Shown: positions 27,421 to 43,790 of the stretch, one piece after another
Numbering within the stretch: the stretch's first letter is position 1
How the letters are laid out: each line of letters begins with the position of its first letter
Source: the human T2T-CHM13v2.0 reference genome, Homo sapiens
Direction: 5' to 3' (one strand)
DNA length: 64,000 nt
Assembly (NCBI RefSeq): GCF_009914755.1
Contig: NC_060927.1
The notes under the pieces: generated by a model
Told to the model about the DNA's origin: nothing
Seen by the model: only the letters and a program-made list of their open reading frames with translations
The model's database searches: none
Position numbers and translations under genes: made by a program

Positions 27421-29313
27421 AATTTTAAAAAGAATGTTATGTAAATGGAATCATTGTATGTCTTACTTTATGACTGGCTTTTCCTCTCAGCATAATTCTC
27501 ATCAAGATTGTTGTATATATCAATAATCAATTCTTTTCATTGCTGAGTAGTATTCCATGGAATGAATGTATCACAGCCTGTCTAACCACTCAAAGACATC
27601 TGGATCATTTCTAGTTTTTGGCTATTGGGACAAATTTGTTATAAACATTCATGTACATGTTTTTGTGTGAATTTAAGTGTTCACTTCTCTGGGATAAATG
27701 ATCACGTGTGTCATTGCCAAATGGTATGAGCTGCATGCTTAGTTTCTTAGGAACTGTTTTCTAGAATGCCAGACAATCCCACCAGCAATGGATGAGAGAT
27801 CCAGTTTCACTGAATTTTTACCATCACTTAGTGTTGTCACTATTTTTTACTTTAGCCATCTTAATAAGCAAATGACATCTCATTGTGGTTTTCATTTCCA
27901 TTTCCCTAGAGCTAACTAATTTTTTCCCTAGGGCTGAACTAATATTTCATGTGCATATCTTCCATCTATATACCCTTTTCAGTGAAATGTCTGTCCCTCT
28001 GTCCCTCTCTTTAGTTCACATTCTCAATGAATGGTTTGATATTTTTTTTTTTTCACTCCGGAGTTTTGAGAGTCCTTTGTATATTCTACATACCAGTCCT
28101 TTTTTAGGTGTGGAGTCTGTAAACATTTTCTCTGTAGTTTGTCCTTTCATCCTCTATCAGACTCTTCCACAAATCAAAAAATTTTCATTTTAATGATGTC
28201 AAATTTATCATTTTTTCTTTCTCAGGGATCTTGCTTTTGATGTCTCTTTGCCTAGCCCTGTATTTCAAAAATTTTCTGGTTTTTTGGTTCCCTAAAAGTT
28301 TTATTGTTTTATGTTTTACATTTCAGAGTCTGAATTATTTGGGGTTAATTTTTTGGTATGAAGTGTGGGGTTTAGGTGGAGGTTAGCTTACATGCCTCTG
28401 GTCGTCCACTTGCTCTTGGACCATTTACTGAAAAGGCTATCTGCCCTCCATTGGAATGCTTTCAAATTGAATTGCTTTTGTAAAAAATCAGTTGGGCACA
28501 CTTATGGATCTATCTCTGGTTCTGCCTTCTGTCCCATTAGGTTATGAGTCTATTCCTTCACCAACAACACACAGTCTTTATTATTGTGACTATATAATAA
28601 AGTCACAATATGTAAATTAGTACATTTGATATCAAGCAGACTAATTACTATGACTTCATTCTTCCTTTTTGTAATTGTTTTAGCTATTCTCTTTCCTTTG
28701 CCTTTCCATTTATATTTTAGAATAAACTTGTCTGTATCTACAAAAAGACTGAGATTTTGACAGAAATTACATTAAACCTGTATATCCATTTGGGGAGCAC
28801 TGACATCTCTATCAATTCTGAGTCTTCCTGTATGTCCACGAGACATTGTCTCAAAATAAAATAAAAATAAAAATAATTTTAAAAAGAATGTTATATAAAT
28901 GGAATCATTGTATGTAATACTTTATGATTGGCTTTTCCCCTCAGCATAATTCTCATCAAGATTGCTGTATATATCAATAATCAATTTCTTCTATTGCTGA
29001 GTAGTATTCCATGAAATTAATGTATCACACAGCCTGTCTAACCACTCAAAGACATCTGGATCATTTCTAGTTTTTGGCTATTTGGACAAATTTACTATAA
29101 AAATTCATGTACATGTTTAAGTATATCTCTCCATTTATAAGGAACTTCTTTGACCTCTTTCATTAGCATTTTATAGTTTACAGTATATAAGATCCAATAT
29201 ATGGTTTGTTAGATTGACACCTGTATTATTTTTTTGAGCAACCTTACATTATATTTTATTTTTGATTTTGGTAACCAAGTATTCTAGTATATAGATATAC
29301 ACTTGCTATTTAT

Positions 29314-31100
29314 TAAATTTTAAATTTTTGTGGGTACATGGTAGGTGCACATATTTATGAGGTGTAGAAGATACTTCGATACAGACATACAATGTGTAAT
29401 GATCACATCAGGGTAAATGAAGTGACCATCTCCCTCAAGCATTTATTCTATGTTACAAACAATTCAATTATATTCATTTAATTATTTTTAAATGTACAAT
29501 TACATTATTATTGACTACAGTCACCCTGCTGTGCTATCAAATACTAAATCTTATTCATTCTTTCTATTTTTTTGTAGCCATTAACCATCTCCACTTCCCC
29601 TTACCACCACTCCACCACCCTTCCCAGCCTCTGGTAACCATCATTCTACTCTACCTCCATGGGTTCAATTGCTTTAATTTTTAGTTCCACAAATAAGTGA
29701 GAACATGTGAAGCTTGCCTTTCAGTGCCTGGCTTATTTCACTTAACATAATGACCTCCAGTTCCACAAAGGTTGTCGCAAATGACTAGTTCTCATTCTTT
29801 TTTATGGCAGAACAGTACTTCATTGGGTATATGGACTCCACTTTCTTTATCCATTTATCTGTTGATGAACATTCAGGTTGTTTCCAAATCATGACTATGG
29901 CGAATAGTCCTGCAATAAACATGGGAGTGCAGGTATCTCTTCAATATACTGATTTCCTTTAGGTATGGGTACATACCTAGCTGGATCATGTGATAGCTCT
30001 ATTTTTAGTTTTTCTGTTTGTTTGTTTTTTTTTTTTGGAGGAACCCCCAAACCGTTTCCCATAGTGATTATACTAATTTACATTCCCAATAACAGTGTGA
30101 GAAGGTTTCCTTTTCTCCACATCCTCGCCAGCATTTGTTATTGCCTGTCTTTTGGATAAAACCCATTTTAACTGGGGTAAGATAACTCATTGTAGCTTTG
30201 ATTTGCATTTCTCTGATGATCAGTGATGTTGAGCACCTTTTCACATATCTGTCTGCCATCTGGAGTCTTCTTTTGAGAAATGTCCACTCAGATCTTTCCC
30301 CCATTTTTCAATCAGACTACTAGATTTTTCCATAGAGTTGCTTGAGCTCCCTATATATATTCTCGTTATTAATCCCTTGTCAGATGGACAGTTTGCAAAT
30401 ATTTTCTCCCATTCTGTGGGTTGTCTCCTCACTTTGTTTCCTTTTCTGTGCAGAAGCTTTTTAACTTGATGTGATCCCATTTGTCCATTTTGCTTTGGTT
30501 GCCTGTGCTTATGGGGTATTACTCAAGAAATCTTTGCCCACTCTCATGTCCTGGAGAGCTTCCTCAATGTTTTGTTTCGGTAGTTTCATAGTTGGAGGTC
30601 TTAGACTAAAGCCTTTAATCCATTTTGATTTGACTTTAGTATATGGAGAGAGATATGGGATAGTTTCATTCATCTGTATATGGATATCCAGTTTTCCCAA
30701 CACCATTTATTGAAGAGACCATCCTTTCCCCAATGTGTGTGCTTGGCACCTTTGTCTAAAATGAGTTCACCGTAGATGTATGGATTTGTTTCTGGTTCTC
30801 TATTCTGTTCCATTGGTCTATGTGTCTGCTTTTATGCCAGTACTGTGCTGCTTTGGTTACTACATCTCTGTACTATTATTTGAAGTCAGGTAATGTACTT
30901 CCTCCAGTTTTATTCTTTGACTCAGGATATATTTGGCTATTCTGGGTCTTTCGTGGTTCCATATAAATTTTAGAATTGTTTTTTATATTTCTGTGAGGAA
31001 TATCTTTGGTATATTGATAGGGATTGCATTGAATGTGTAGACTTCTTTGAGTAGTATGGACATTTTAACAATATTGATTCTTCCAATCCATGAACACGGA
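29314..31100 (-). mobile_element. L1MA-type 5'-truncated insertion
   Basis: L1 3'UTR/ORF2 end; imperfect TSD atacacttgctatttat (29297) / atacaactgctatttat (31101). Confidence 0.88.
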
Positions 31101-31331
31101 ATACAACTGCTATTTATATGCTTATCTTTTATCTTGCAACCTTGCTGAACTCGCTTATTATAAAATTTTCTTTGTACGTTTCTCATGATTTTCTACTAAG
31201 ATAACCATATAATCTGCAAACAGGAGTAGTTTTATTTCTTCCTTTTCAATCTGTATGGCTTTTACTTCTTTATCTTGAACTATAACCCTGGCTAGAAATT
31301 CCAGCATGATGTTGAATAACCACGGGAACAG

Positions 31332-31613
31332 CTCAGCACTTTGGGTGGCTGAGGCAGGTAGATTTCTTGAGCCCAGGAGTTGGAGACCAGCCTGGGCAAC
31401 ACAGAAAAACCCTGTCTCTATAAAAACTACAAAAAATTAGCTGGGTGTAGTGGCATGTACCTGTAGTCCCAGCTACTTGGGAGGCTGAGGTGGGAGAATC
31501 ACCTGAGCTCAGACAAGTTAAGACTGCAGTGAGCTGCGTTAACACCACTGCACTCCAACATGGGCAACAGGAGTGAGACCCTGTCTCAAGAAAAAAAAGA
31601 AAAAAAGAAAAAA
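31332..31613 (+). mobile_element. AluJ-like, 5' truncated
   Basis: Alu consensus with A-rich tail. Confidence 0.92.
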
Positions 31614-32866
31614 GAGTGGGGACAACTGACATCCTTGGCTTGTTTTCACACTTGCAGGGAAGGCATTTCATCTTTTCACTATTAAGTATAACGTTGGCCA
31701 TTGGTTTTCTGTAGATGCTCTTTAACAAGTCAAAGAAATTTCCCTTAATTCCTATTTTCCCATGTGAAGACTGCTGAATTTTGTCAAATGCTTTTTCTGC
31801 ATCGATTCATATGAGCATTGATTCTTTAGCCTGTTAACATGGTGGGTTACACTGATTGATTTATTTGAATACTGAGAAAGCCTTGAAGCACTAGAACAAT
31901 TCCCACTTGATCATGGGAAATTGCTGATTACTACTTACTAAATTTTGTTAAAGATTTTTGCATTTATGCCTTTTTTGTACTGTGTTTAGTTTTGTTATCA
32001 AGGTAATATTAGCTTCATAAAAATAACTGTAGAGTGTTCTTCCTCTTTTATTTTCTGGAAGACATTATGTAGAAATAGTGTAATAGTTCAATATTCCTTT
32101 TTCAGGAGTTCTTAAATATACAAATTCATCCCTCATTATCTTTTTTTTTTGTGATGAGTGACTCCTCATTTAAGCCTGGGAATACTACTTGCATTACTTA
32201 TTTCTTCTTCTTTTTTAAAAAAATTATACTTAAGTTCAGGGATACATGTGCAGAACATGCAGATTTGTTACACAGGTATACATGTGCCATGGTGGTTTGC
32301 TGCACCCATCAACCTGTCATCTACATTAGGTATTACTCCTAATGCTGTGCCTCCCCTTACCCACCACCCTCCGACAGGTCCCCTAGTGTGTGATGTTCCC
32401 CTCCCTGTGCCCATATGTCCTCATTGTTCAACTCCCACTTATAAGTGAGAACATGGGGTGTTTGGTTTTCTGTTCCTATATTAGTTTGCTGAGAATGAGG
32501 GTTTCCAGCTTCATCCATGTCCCTGCAAAGGACATGAACTCATTCTTTCTTATGGCTGCATAGTATTACATGGTATATATGTGCCACATTTTCTTTATCC
32601 AGTCTATCATTGATGGGCATTTGGGTTGGTTCCAAGTCTTTGCTATTGTGAATAGGGCTGCAATAAACATACGTGTGCATGTATATTTATAGTAGAATGA
32701 TTTATAATCCTTTGGATATATACCCAGTAATGGAATTGCTGGGTCAAATGGTATTTCTAGTTGTATATCCTGGAGGAATTGCCACACTGTCTTCCACAAT
32801 GGTTGAACTAATTTACACTCCCACCAACAGTGTAAAAGCATCTCTCTGGCATCTGTTGTTTCTTGA

Positions 32867-33450
<584 letters not shown>

Positions 33451-34280
33451 TGTTTCTTGACTTTTTAATGATTGCCATTCTAACTGGCATGAGATGGTAT
33501 CTCATTGTGGTTTTGATTTGCATTCCTCTAATGACTAGTGATGATGAGCTTTTTTTCACATATTTGTTGGCCACATAAATGTCTTCTTTTGAAAAGTGTC
33601 TGTTCATATCCTTTGCCCACTTTTTGATAGGGTTGTTTTTTTCTTGTAAATTTGTTTAAGTTCCTTGTAGATGCTGGATGTTAGCCCTTTGAATGGATAG
33701 ATTCCAAACATGTTCTCCCATTCTGTAGGTTGCCCATTCACTATGATGATAGTTTCTTTTGCTGTGCAGAAGCTCTTTAGCTTAACTAGATCCCATTTGT
33801 CAATTTTGGCTTTTGTTGCCATTGCTTTTGGTGTTTTAGACACGAAGTCTTTGCCCATGCCTATGTCCGGAAAGGTATTGCCTAGATTTTCTTCTAGGGT
33901 TTTTATGGTTTTAGGTCTTATGTTTAAGTCTTTAATCCATCTTGAGTTAATTTTTGTATAAGGTGTAAGTAAGAGATCCAGTTTCAGTTTTCTGCATATG
34001 GCTAGCCAGTTTTTCCAACACCATTTATTAAATAGGGAATCCTTTCCCCATTGCTTGTTTTTGTCAGGTTTGTCAAAGATCATATGGTTGTAGATGTGTG
34101 GTGTTATTTCTGAGGCCTCTGTTCTGTTCCATTGGTCTATATATCTGTTTTGCTACTGATACTATGCTGTTTCGGTTACTGTAGCCTTGTAGTATAGTTT
34201 AAACTCAGATAGCATGATGCCTCCAGCTTTGTTCTTTTTGCTTAGGATTGTCTTGGCTACATGCTCTTTTTCTGGTTCTA

Positions 34281-34658
<378 letters not shown>

Positions 34659-35220
34659 TTACCAGCTTAAGGAGTTTTTAGGCTGAGACGATGGGGTTTT
34701 CTAAATATATAATCATGTCATCTGCAAACAGAGATAATTTGACTTCCTCTCTTCCTATCTGAATATGCTTTATTTCTTTCTCTTGCCTGACTGCCCTAGC
34801 CAGAACTTCCAGGTGGTGAGAGAGGGTATCCTTGTCTTGTGCCAGTTTCAAAGGGAATGCTTCCAGCTTTTGCCCATTCAGTATGATATTGGCTGTGGGT
34901 TTGTCATAAATAGCTCTTCTCATTTTGAGATATGTTCCAACAATACCTAGTTTATTGAGTGTTTTTACCATGAAAGGGTGTTGAATATTATTGAAGGCCT
35001 TTTCTGAAACTGTTGAGATAATCATGTGGTTTTTGTCATTGGTTCTGTTTATGTGATGGATTATGTTTATTGATTTGCATATGTTGAACCAGCCTTGCAG
35101 CCCAGGGATGAAGCTGACTTGATCGTGGTGGATAAGCTTTTTAAAGTGCTGCTGGATTCGGTTTGCCAGTATTTTATTAAGGATTTTCACATCGATGTTC
35201 ATCAGGGATATTGGCCTGAA

Positions 35221-35221
<1 letters not shown>

Positions 35222-35270
<49 letters not shown>
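35222..35270. repeat. (TG)~24 microsatellite inside L1 ORF2
   Basis: Direct reading. Confidence 0.95.
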
Positions 35271-35271
<1 letters not shown>

Positions 35272-35594
35272 TGCCAGGTTTTGGTATCAGGATGATGCTG
35301 GCCTCACAAAGAGTTAGGGTGGAGACCCTCTTTTTCTATTGCTTGGAATAGTTTCAGAAAGAATGGTACCAGCTCCTCTGTATAACTCTGGTAGTATTTG
35401 GCTGTGAATCCATCTGGTTCTGGGCTTTTTTTGGTTGGTAGGTTATTAATTACTGCCTCAATTTCAGAACTTGTTATTGGTCTATTCAGGGATGCAACTT
35501 CTTCCTGGTTTAGTCTTGGGTGGGTGTATGTGTCCAGGAATTTATCCAGTTCTTCTAGATTTTCTAGTTTATTTGCATAGAGGTATTTATACTA

Positions 35595-35759
<165 letters not shown>

Positions 35760-38700
35760 TTACTTAATTCCTAATATTGACAATTTGGTCTGCTCTCATT
35801 TTTTTCTTTGTCAATCTTATTAGAGGTTCTTCAATTTTTTTAATCCTTTTGAAGAATCAGCTATTTCTTTCATTGATTTTTATCTATTGTTTTTCAGCTC
35901 TTGACAATTTCTCCTCTTACCTTTATTATTTCCTTCCATCTTTTTGAGCTTAAGTTATTCTTCTCTTCCCAGGTTCTTGCATTGGGAGTTTAGATTGTTA
36001 ATTTGAGACTTTTCCTCTTTTCTCATATATATGTTTAGTGCTGTAAATTTACCTCTCATCACTGCCTTGGCTGTGTCCCACCTATTTTAATGTGCTGTAT
36101 TTACATTTTCATTCAGTTCAATTTATTTGCTTATCTTTAATTTCCCTTGAGACTTCCTCTTTGACCCATAGATTATTTAAAAGTATGTTGTTTAGTTTGC
36201 TTCTAATTCATTGGAGATTTTCCTACTGTATCTGACATTAATATGTCAACTCTTGCTTCTTTCGATTAACATTTACAAGATATATTTTTCCATCCTTTAC
36301 TTTCAACATACCTATATTGCTACATTTGAAATCATGCGTCATAGATAGCACACAATTAGGTCATGCTTTTTAATTCACTTTGCCATTCCCCATCGTTAAA
36401 GTGCTGTATTTAGTTCACTTTATTAAATGTAGTTATTGATATGTTAGGGCTTAAGTCTTCCATTTTGTTTGTAATTTTCTTTTTGTTCTGTTTTTCTTTC
36501 CTCTGTTTTATTTTTCTGTGGGTTACATGAATATTTTAGAATTCTGTTTTTATATATCTACAGTACTGTTGAGTATATCTCCTTTGTATAGCTTTTAAGT
36601 GGCTGCTTTAGGTACTACATTACATATATATGCACACATTTTATATATATATATATATAATCTATAAATATATTTTATATATCTTATAGTCTACTGGCAT
36701 CATCATTTTACCGCTTTGACTGAAGTAGATAAACCTTATCTCCATTGATATTCTTTTACCCTCCCTCACTTATAATGAATTACCTTAAATATTCTCTCTA
36801 CACACATTTAGAAACATTAAACAGTACTATTGTTGCTTCAACACTCAAACCTAATTTGGAAAATTTAAAGAGATGCCAATTATATCTCAATAAAAATGGG
36901 AAAAAAGAAAACTCAAAAGATGAAGAAAAGTATTTTATTTATCTATAGTTTTACTTTCTCCATTCTTCTCTTTTCCTCATTGTTTTTGTTGGTTGTTTTT
37001 TTTTTTAGAATTTTGGTATTGTTTTAGAATTCTCTTTTTGTTTAGAGAACATCCATTGGCCATTTATTGAGAGTAGGCCTGCTGGCAGCAAATTTTCTTA
37101 GTTTTCTTTCGTCTAAGAATATTTTCATTTTCCCTTGATTCCTAAAGGTTATTTTCACTGGATGTAGAATTTTGGGTTAATTCTTCTTTTCTTTCAGCAC
37201 TAGAAAAATGCTATGCCACTTCCTTTCGGCCTTTGTTGTTTCTGATGACAAATATGCTGTCATTTTACTTGTTTCACTAACATACATAGGGTGTCATTTC
37301 TCACCGCTTTCAACCTTTTTCTGGTTTTAGTTTTCAAAAATTTGACTATGAATGTGTCTTGCTGTAGTTTTCTTTGGATTCAGCCAGCTTATTGAATCTG
37401 TAGGTTTATTTCTTTTGCCAAATTCAGAAAATTTTCAACCATTAGTTCTTCAAGTACTTTTCTTTTCAGTCCTACCCACTTTCTATTCCCCTGGGACTCC
37501 AATGAAATAAATGTTAGATCTTTTGTTACTGTTCCAAATGCCCCTGAAGCTCTGTTTGTTGGTTGGTTGGTTTTCTTCCCCCAGTTGATTTTCTCTCTAT
37601 TGTTCTTATTGGGTAATTTCTATTTTCAGGTCCACTGATTCTCTCCTCTCCCCACTCTCTTCTGCTGTTGAATCCATCTACTAAGCTTTTTGTTTTGGCT
37701 ACTGTATTTTTCAGTTGAAAATTTTCTACTTTTTTTAAATCATCTATGGCTTTGCTGAGACTTTCTATTTTTGGCTGAAACATTCTAATTTTCTACTTGG
37801 CTTAAGCATGGTATAACTGCTTGCTGAAGTAATTTTATGATGGCTGCGTTAAAATCTGTTAGGTAATTCTAACAGTGCTGTTATCGCTGTGTTAGTATCT
37901 ACTCATTGCCTTTTTTCACTCATTTTGATATCTTCCTGATTCTTAGGATAATAAGTGATTTTTTTTATTAACATGGATTTTTTGGTATTACATTATAGGG
38001 GTCTGGATCTTAAACCTTCTATGGGCTTTTCCTAATATGGCCGAAAAGAGGAAAGGGGGCTATCTGTTACTTTTAGGTGGGGTCTCCATTTGGCTTTTGT
38101 TGACACCGGAGAGGGGAATGGGCTCCTTCTTACCGCTGGGTGGGGATAGTGGCTTGAGCTCCCCACCAGGCCTTTGTTGATACCAGCTAGGCTGGGAGGG
38201 GTAGGACTATCTCACTATTGCTCCCAAGCTGGCCTCTCTGACTCCACAGGGAGAGGGTGGGCTCTTCACCATTGGATGGGGGTAAAAATCCTGATTCTCC
38301 TCTAAACCTCCTCTGACACCACACCAGTGGGGAGGAAGAGGGTGTTTCATTACTGCCAGGTGGGGTGGAAGTCCTGAGTTCCCTCAAGTGGTCTCCACTA
38401 AATCTATGTGGAAATAAGGGGAATTTCCTTACTGCCTGGATGCAAAGTGCCAGCTCTACACTTGGCCTTTTCTGACGCCACCCAGCAGGGAGGTTTCAGC
38501 TCCTAGTCCCACAGCCTGTCAAGCTTCTACCCTTGGGGCGTAGGACCACAGGTTTTTCTGCACTGTTGCTGGAGTAGAATGGTTGTTGGATAAAAGTTTT
38601 CTGTCTTGTAGGATGCCCCTTTCCTGATCCTTTGGCTAGAGAGAGCAGGCTTTTATCAGGGCTTTATTTGCCTCTATCTGTAGGCATTTCTGGGTTGCTG

Positions 38701-39960
38701 GCTCTTTAGCTTTAAGTCTGGATAAATGGAGTAAAACAGAAAGGGAACTCACCACCTAGTATTCCTTTGATCCCATGCTCCCTAGCCAGTCTGTCTTATT
38801 TGCTCTTCCTTTCAAAGTCTTCTTATGTTTGTTTTCTATACAATGCCAAAGGTTTATAAATCCATGCTTGATTTTTTAATGTTCTTTTAAATTTCTACTA
38901 TTTCTTCAACTTCCCAAAAACTATAAAACAAATGTGTATATATTTGCATGTGAGTGTACATACACGTACATGCATAAACAAGGTAGATCTGGTTCTAATG
39001 CGGTTTAATTTGCTATTCAATGGAAGATATCCTAAAAAGAAGTGTTTCGGAATGAAAAACACATGAAAACAAAGTAACAAGTATATATAATTTAGGCTAA
39101 AATATAAATGATATGTATCTAATCACTTAATATATATGAAATTTGATAGTTGCAGCCCAAATCCCATAATTATCATTAGCCACATTTTTGTATAAGTTTT
39201 CTACTAAACCTTAGGTAAATGAAACATTGGCTTCACATCAGCTAAAACCTAAGTTATAAAAAGTAGGCAAATCACTACATTCTCTTGTAAGCCAGCCATA
39301 GTTTAGGAGGCCAGCATCCTGCTAACCATCAAGATATCCACCTTCCCTTTTTCCAATATATCAAGTCAGTCTTGAACAAAATTACTGGTACATTCTTTTC
39401 TAAGAATCTGAGTTTCACAGATTATTCTGTACCAGGAACACCTATTATCCTTCCCTTTTCTCAGCGTAATTCTTCTTTACTAATGTGACATAATTTCGAA
39501 GGCAATTTAATGCAAAAGCTAAGTAAAAAATCCTGAGTTTATGGTTGGTATCCATTTTTATAACAATGTTTAAACTCCTCAGAATAACCACAGATAATGA
39601 TGATGAAAATGGTAACAATAACAATAGTGATCACTAATTACTACTAGCCCAAGAACTTTAGCTTCTCTATCTCCTCTAATTCTTACAACAGTCTGACAAG
39701 GTAGGTACAATTCATAATATTCAAGTCCTCTTTTTATATATATGTATAGAAAGCTGAGATGCAAGAAGTAAACTCAAGTTCCTAAGGTCAAATAACTTGT
39801 AAATGATGGAAACAACATGACCCTTTAGTTGAGCTCTTAACTAATACACTTCTTGACTCTCAAGAAAAGACTGCTTCTTTTATCCTTATCTTTAAAAAGC
39901 ATTTGTCATTAACATGAAGACAGAAACATGGGTTGTCCCCTCTCTCTGGCTGGAAAATAG

Positions 39961-40325
<365 letters not shown>

Positions 40326-40442
40326 TGTCAAAGAGGGTGTTCTGAGATCCAAGCCTTTTCTCTAACTCTCATATGTTTAGAAAAATCATACTACCTAATT
40401 TTCATTGTTTTTTCTAATTATAAAACATATGCTAAGTATGTC

Positions 40443-40686
<244 letters not shown>

Positions 40687-41269
40687 TCACAACGCATATC
40701 AATGAAAAATGTGGTTAGAAAGTAAGTTATTTACTTAACTCAAACCCAACTGTTAATAGATACTTCTAGAACTTTCTGTGCCTAGAACTTGATCTACATA
40801 TTAACAGAAACAAATGCTCACAGAGAATAGATGTAGGATATGTGTGTATACATGTATAATTTGCAAAATTGAGATCCTTCTCATAGTTTTCTGCAATGTC
40901 CTCCCCTTCATTATTGTTGACTTAACAGTAGATCAGTTTCAATCTATACGAGTATAACAGATGAATCTGTGGTATTTTTTTTAAATTTAATCAGCCATTT
41001 TCTTTTTCTTTCTCAGTGGTACATTAAAACATGGTGAATCTCAATGATAGGATAATAAAGTCAAAATACTGCATTTAAAAACTGACTACTGTTGGTTAGG
41101 AAAACCACATTATCTTAGATTTTCCAGAATGGTTTCAAATGTCGGCTTTTTTTTTTCCCTTTCAGAAGAGCTAGTATTTACATTTTATAAATCTGAAAGA
41201 CTTTCCTGTCTCTCTGTTCTCAAACCTAATTCATACACCTTGCACCATGGAAAAATATTAACTTGCGCA

Positions 41270-41520
41270 TTACAGACCTAAACACAAAATGTAAAAAATG
41301 AAAATATTTACGACTCTGTGTTAGGCAAAGATTTCCTAGCTACTACAGCAAAAGCACAATTGACTAAAAAGAAAACTGATAAATGAGACTTTATCAAAAT
41401 TAAGATTTTGATGGAGACAATGAACAGAAAAGCCAGACTTAGAGAAAATGCATACAAATCACATATATGATAAAGGAATTATATCCAGAATATATGAAGA
41501 AGTCTTAAAACAATAAGGAC
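41270..41520 (+). mobile_element. Old L1 ORF2 fragment
   Basis: ttaggcaaagatttc...gactttatcaaaattaa...gataaaggaattatatccagaatatat. Confidence 0.7.
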
Positions 41521-41548
41521 ACTGTAGTTCAATTAAGAAAAAAAAGCA

Positions 41549-41656
41549 ATATATTTATTTTTAATATATTTATTTTTAAATATATTTAAATATTTATAAA
41601 TATATTTAAATATTTATTAAAATATTTAAATATATAAAAATATATTTATTTTTAAT
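41549..41656. repeat. 108-bp pure A/T tract with palindromes
   Basis: No G or C between 41549 and 41656. Confidence 0.9.
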
Positions 41657-41943
41657 GGTTAAATATGCTCTTTGAATATTATGTCATAATTTCTATATAC
41701 CATAATTTAGTTGTCTAAACCTTTAGGGAAATGATTAACCTTATGCTTCCTCAAACTGTTGAGAATCGATAAGTAGATAATAATTAATTACCTTTTTATG
41801 CAAAACTTATTAAACCTTATTAAAAAATACCATCAGTGGGTGATCAATCCCTTAAATGTAATTTACATTGGCAACTGCTAGACAGAGGGAAGGAAGGGAA
41901 AAGAAAGAGAGAGAGATTTAGGTAGAAATAATGGTATACTTTA

Positions 41944-42150
<207 letters not shown>

Positions 42151-43229
42151 TTAATCATGTGAAGAGGTGAGAGAGAGAGAGAGAGAAAAAAAAAAAAATG
42201 GTATTCAGCAATCATACCCCATACCCGGGAAGTATGCAACTATACACATCTATATTCTTAAATGCTCTTATCCTTTCCTAATTCCTGGCCATTAACTATT
42301 ACTTCGATTTCATTTAGATGTCTGTGCCTTAATTAGAAAGCATCGAAATGATCAATGAAATTTATTTTACTTAAAAAGAAGGGGGAAAAAATCCCAAGTA
42401 ATGCATTGCTCACAATCTTGGAAATGTCAAAGAAGAAACCAATTCATGACTCAAACTCTTAAACTAAGAAGGCCATCAAAACACAGATGGATCTGCACCC
42501 TCATTCCATAGGTATCATTTGATTTCATTAGTCAGAAGATGTTTGGGCACAAAAAAGTATCCAGGGTGAAAACACAGACACAGTGGCATTACTGTCCACT
42601 CTTGTATAAACGATTTTATAAGTTATTTTTATATTTGTATAAATATTTTTGGTAGACACTGGCAAAGATCAAAGAATGGTTAATTAAGCTGAAACGTATA
42701 CAAAAGTTTAGAATATGGAGAGAGCTATACCAGTGAGTCAGATTGGAACCTCTTTTGAAAAAGTTATGTTCCTGTGAAAACCAAGAGTTACCCCCAGAAC
42801 AGTATCATGTGGGTGGACTGATATGACTTGAGTCTTAAAAGAAGGCTCGAAATACTTGAGTCTCCTTGCCTTCTTATTAACTAGAAACATCAGGGGTGAT
42901 GTCATCAAAGTATCCCCGAATGGCATTATTGACATTCTGGTTGAATTTTTATAGAGGCCGATGATATTAAATGTCAATCTCCACAGGGCTTTAAAACTGA
43001 ATAATCAGGGTATGTAGTGAATTTCTATCTCCCACAGTAATTCTGTAGACATTTCTGATTTAGCAAAAACAGAGTGAAGAATGATAAAAGGCTGTTTTCA
43101 AAGCTTTCTCTGATGAGAAGCTCCCAATGACACACATGAGAGTAAAGGTAATCTGAAAGCTGGATGGAAGACATGCCAAGCCTACTAAACTAACACCACC
43201 ACCACCAATAATCTACCACCCTTGAGGAG

Positions 43230-43790
43230 GCTGCCTGTAGGTATTCCCAGCCCTGCATCTATTTGCTCTTCTCCTGCTAGCACCACTCAGGTATCCTTGT
43301 GGTGCCCCTCCCCACTCCAGGTCCACATGGTCCAGGACGGGACCTACTCCTGGCTCTACATCATATTCCTTGCCAATCAGGAGTATTCTATCATTTTTGT
43401 CTTTGTTATTAGGTCAGGAATAGGTACACGATCTAAGGCAAACAAATTTGAATGTCAGACATGGAAGATTTACTGGAACCATGAAGCCAGAGGTGGTGGC
43501 TTGAGGCTGGAGCCTGTTTGCTAATAGGTTCTCATGCTGCAGGTGCTGGAGCCATCTTGACAAAGCTTGACATGACCTGCCAGAGAATTAAGTCCACACA
43601 GAGGAAAGGAGAGGTGAAAGATGAAGAAAGTCATCTAATATCACTGACTGAGCCTCTGATCTCTGATTTCATACTTGAAATCAAGGATGTCCCTCATTTT
43701 GTTTGCTTGAACCCCCAAATTCACTTTCCTGCTTAAACCAATTTGAGTTAGTTTTGCAACTTGCACCCAAGAGTGCAGATTAATAGATCA
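43230..43790 (+). mobile_element. Old MaLR LTR (MLT1J/K-like)
   Basis: gctggagccatcttg...gcttaaaccaatttgagttagttttgcaacttgcacccaagagt 3' end. Confidence 0.55.
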
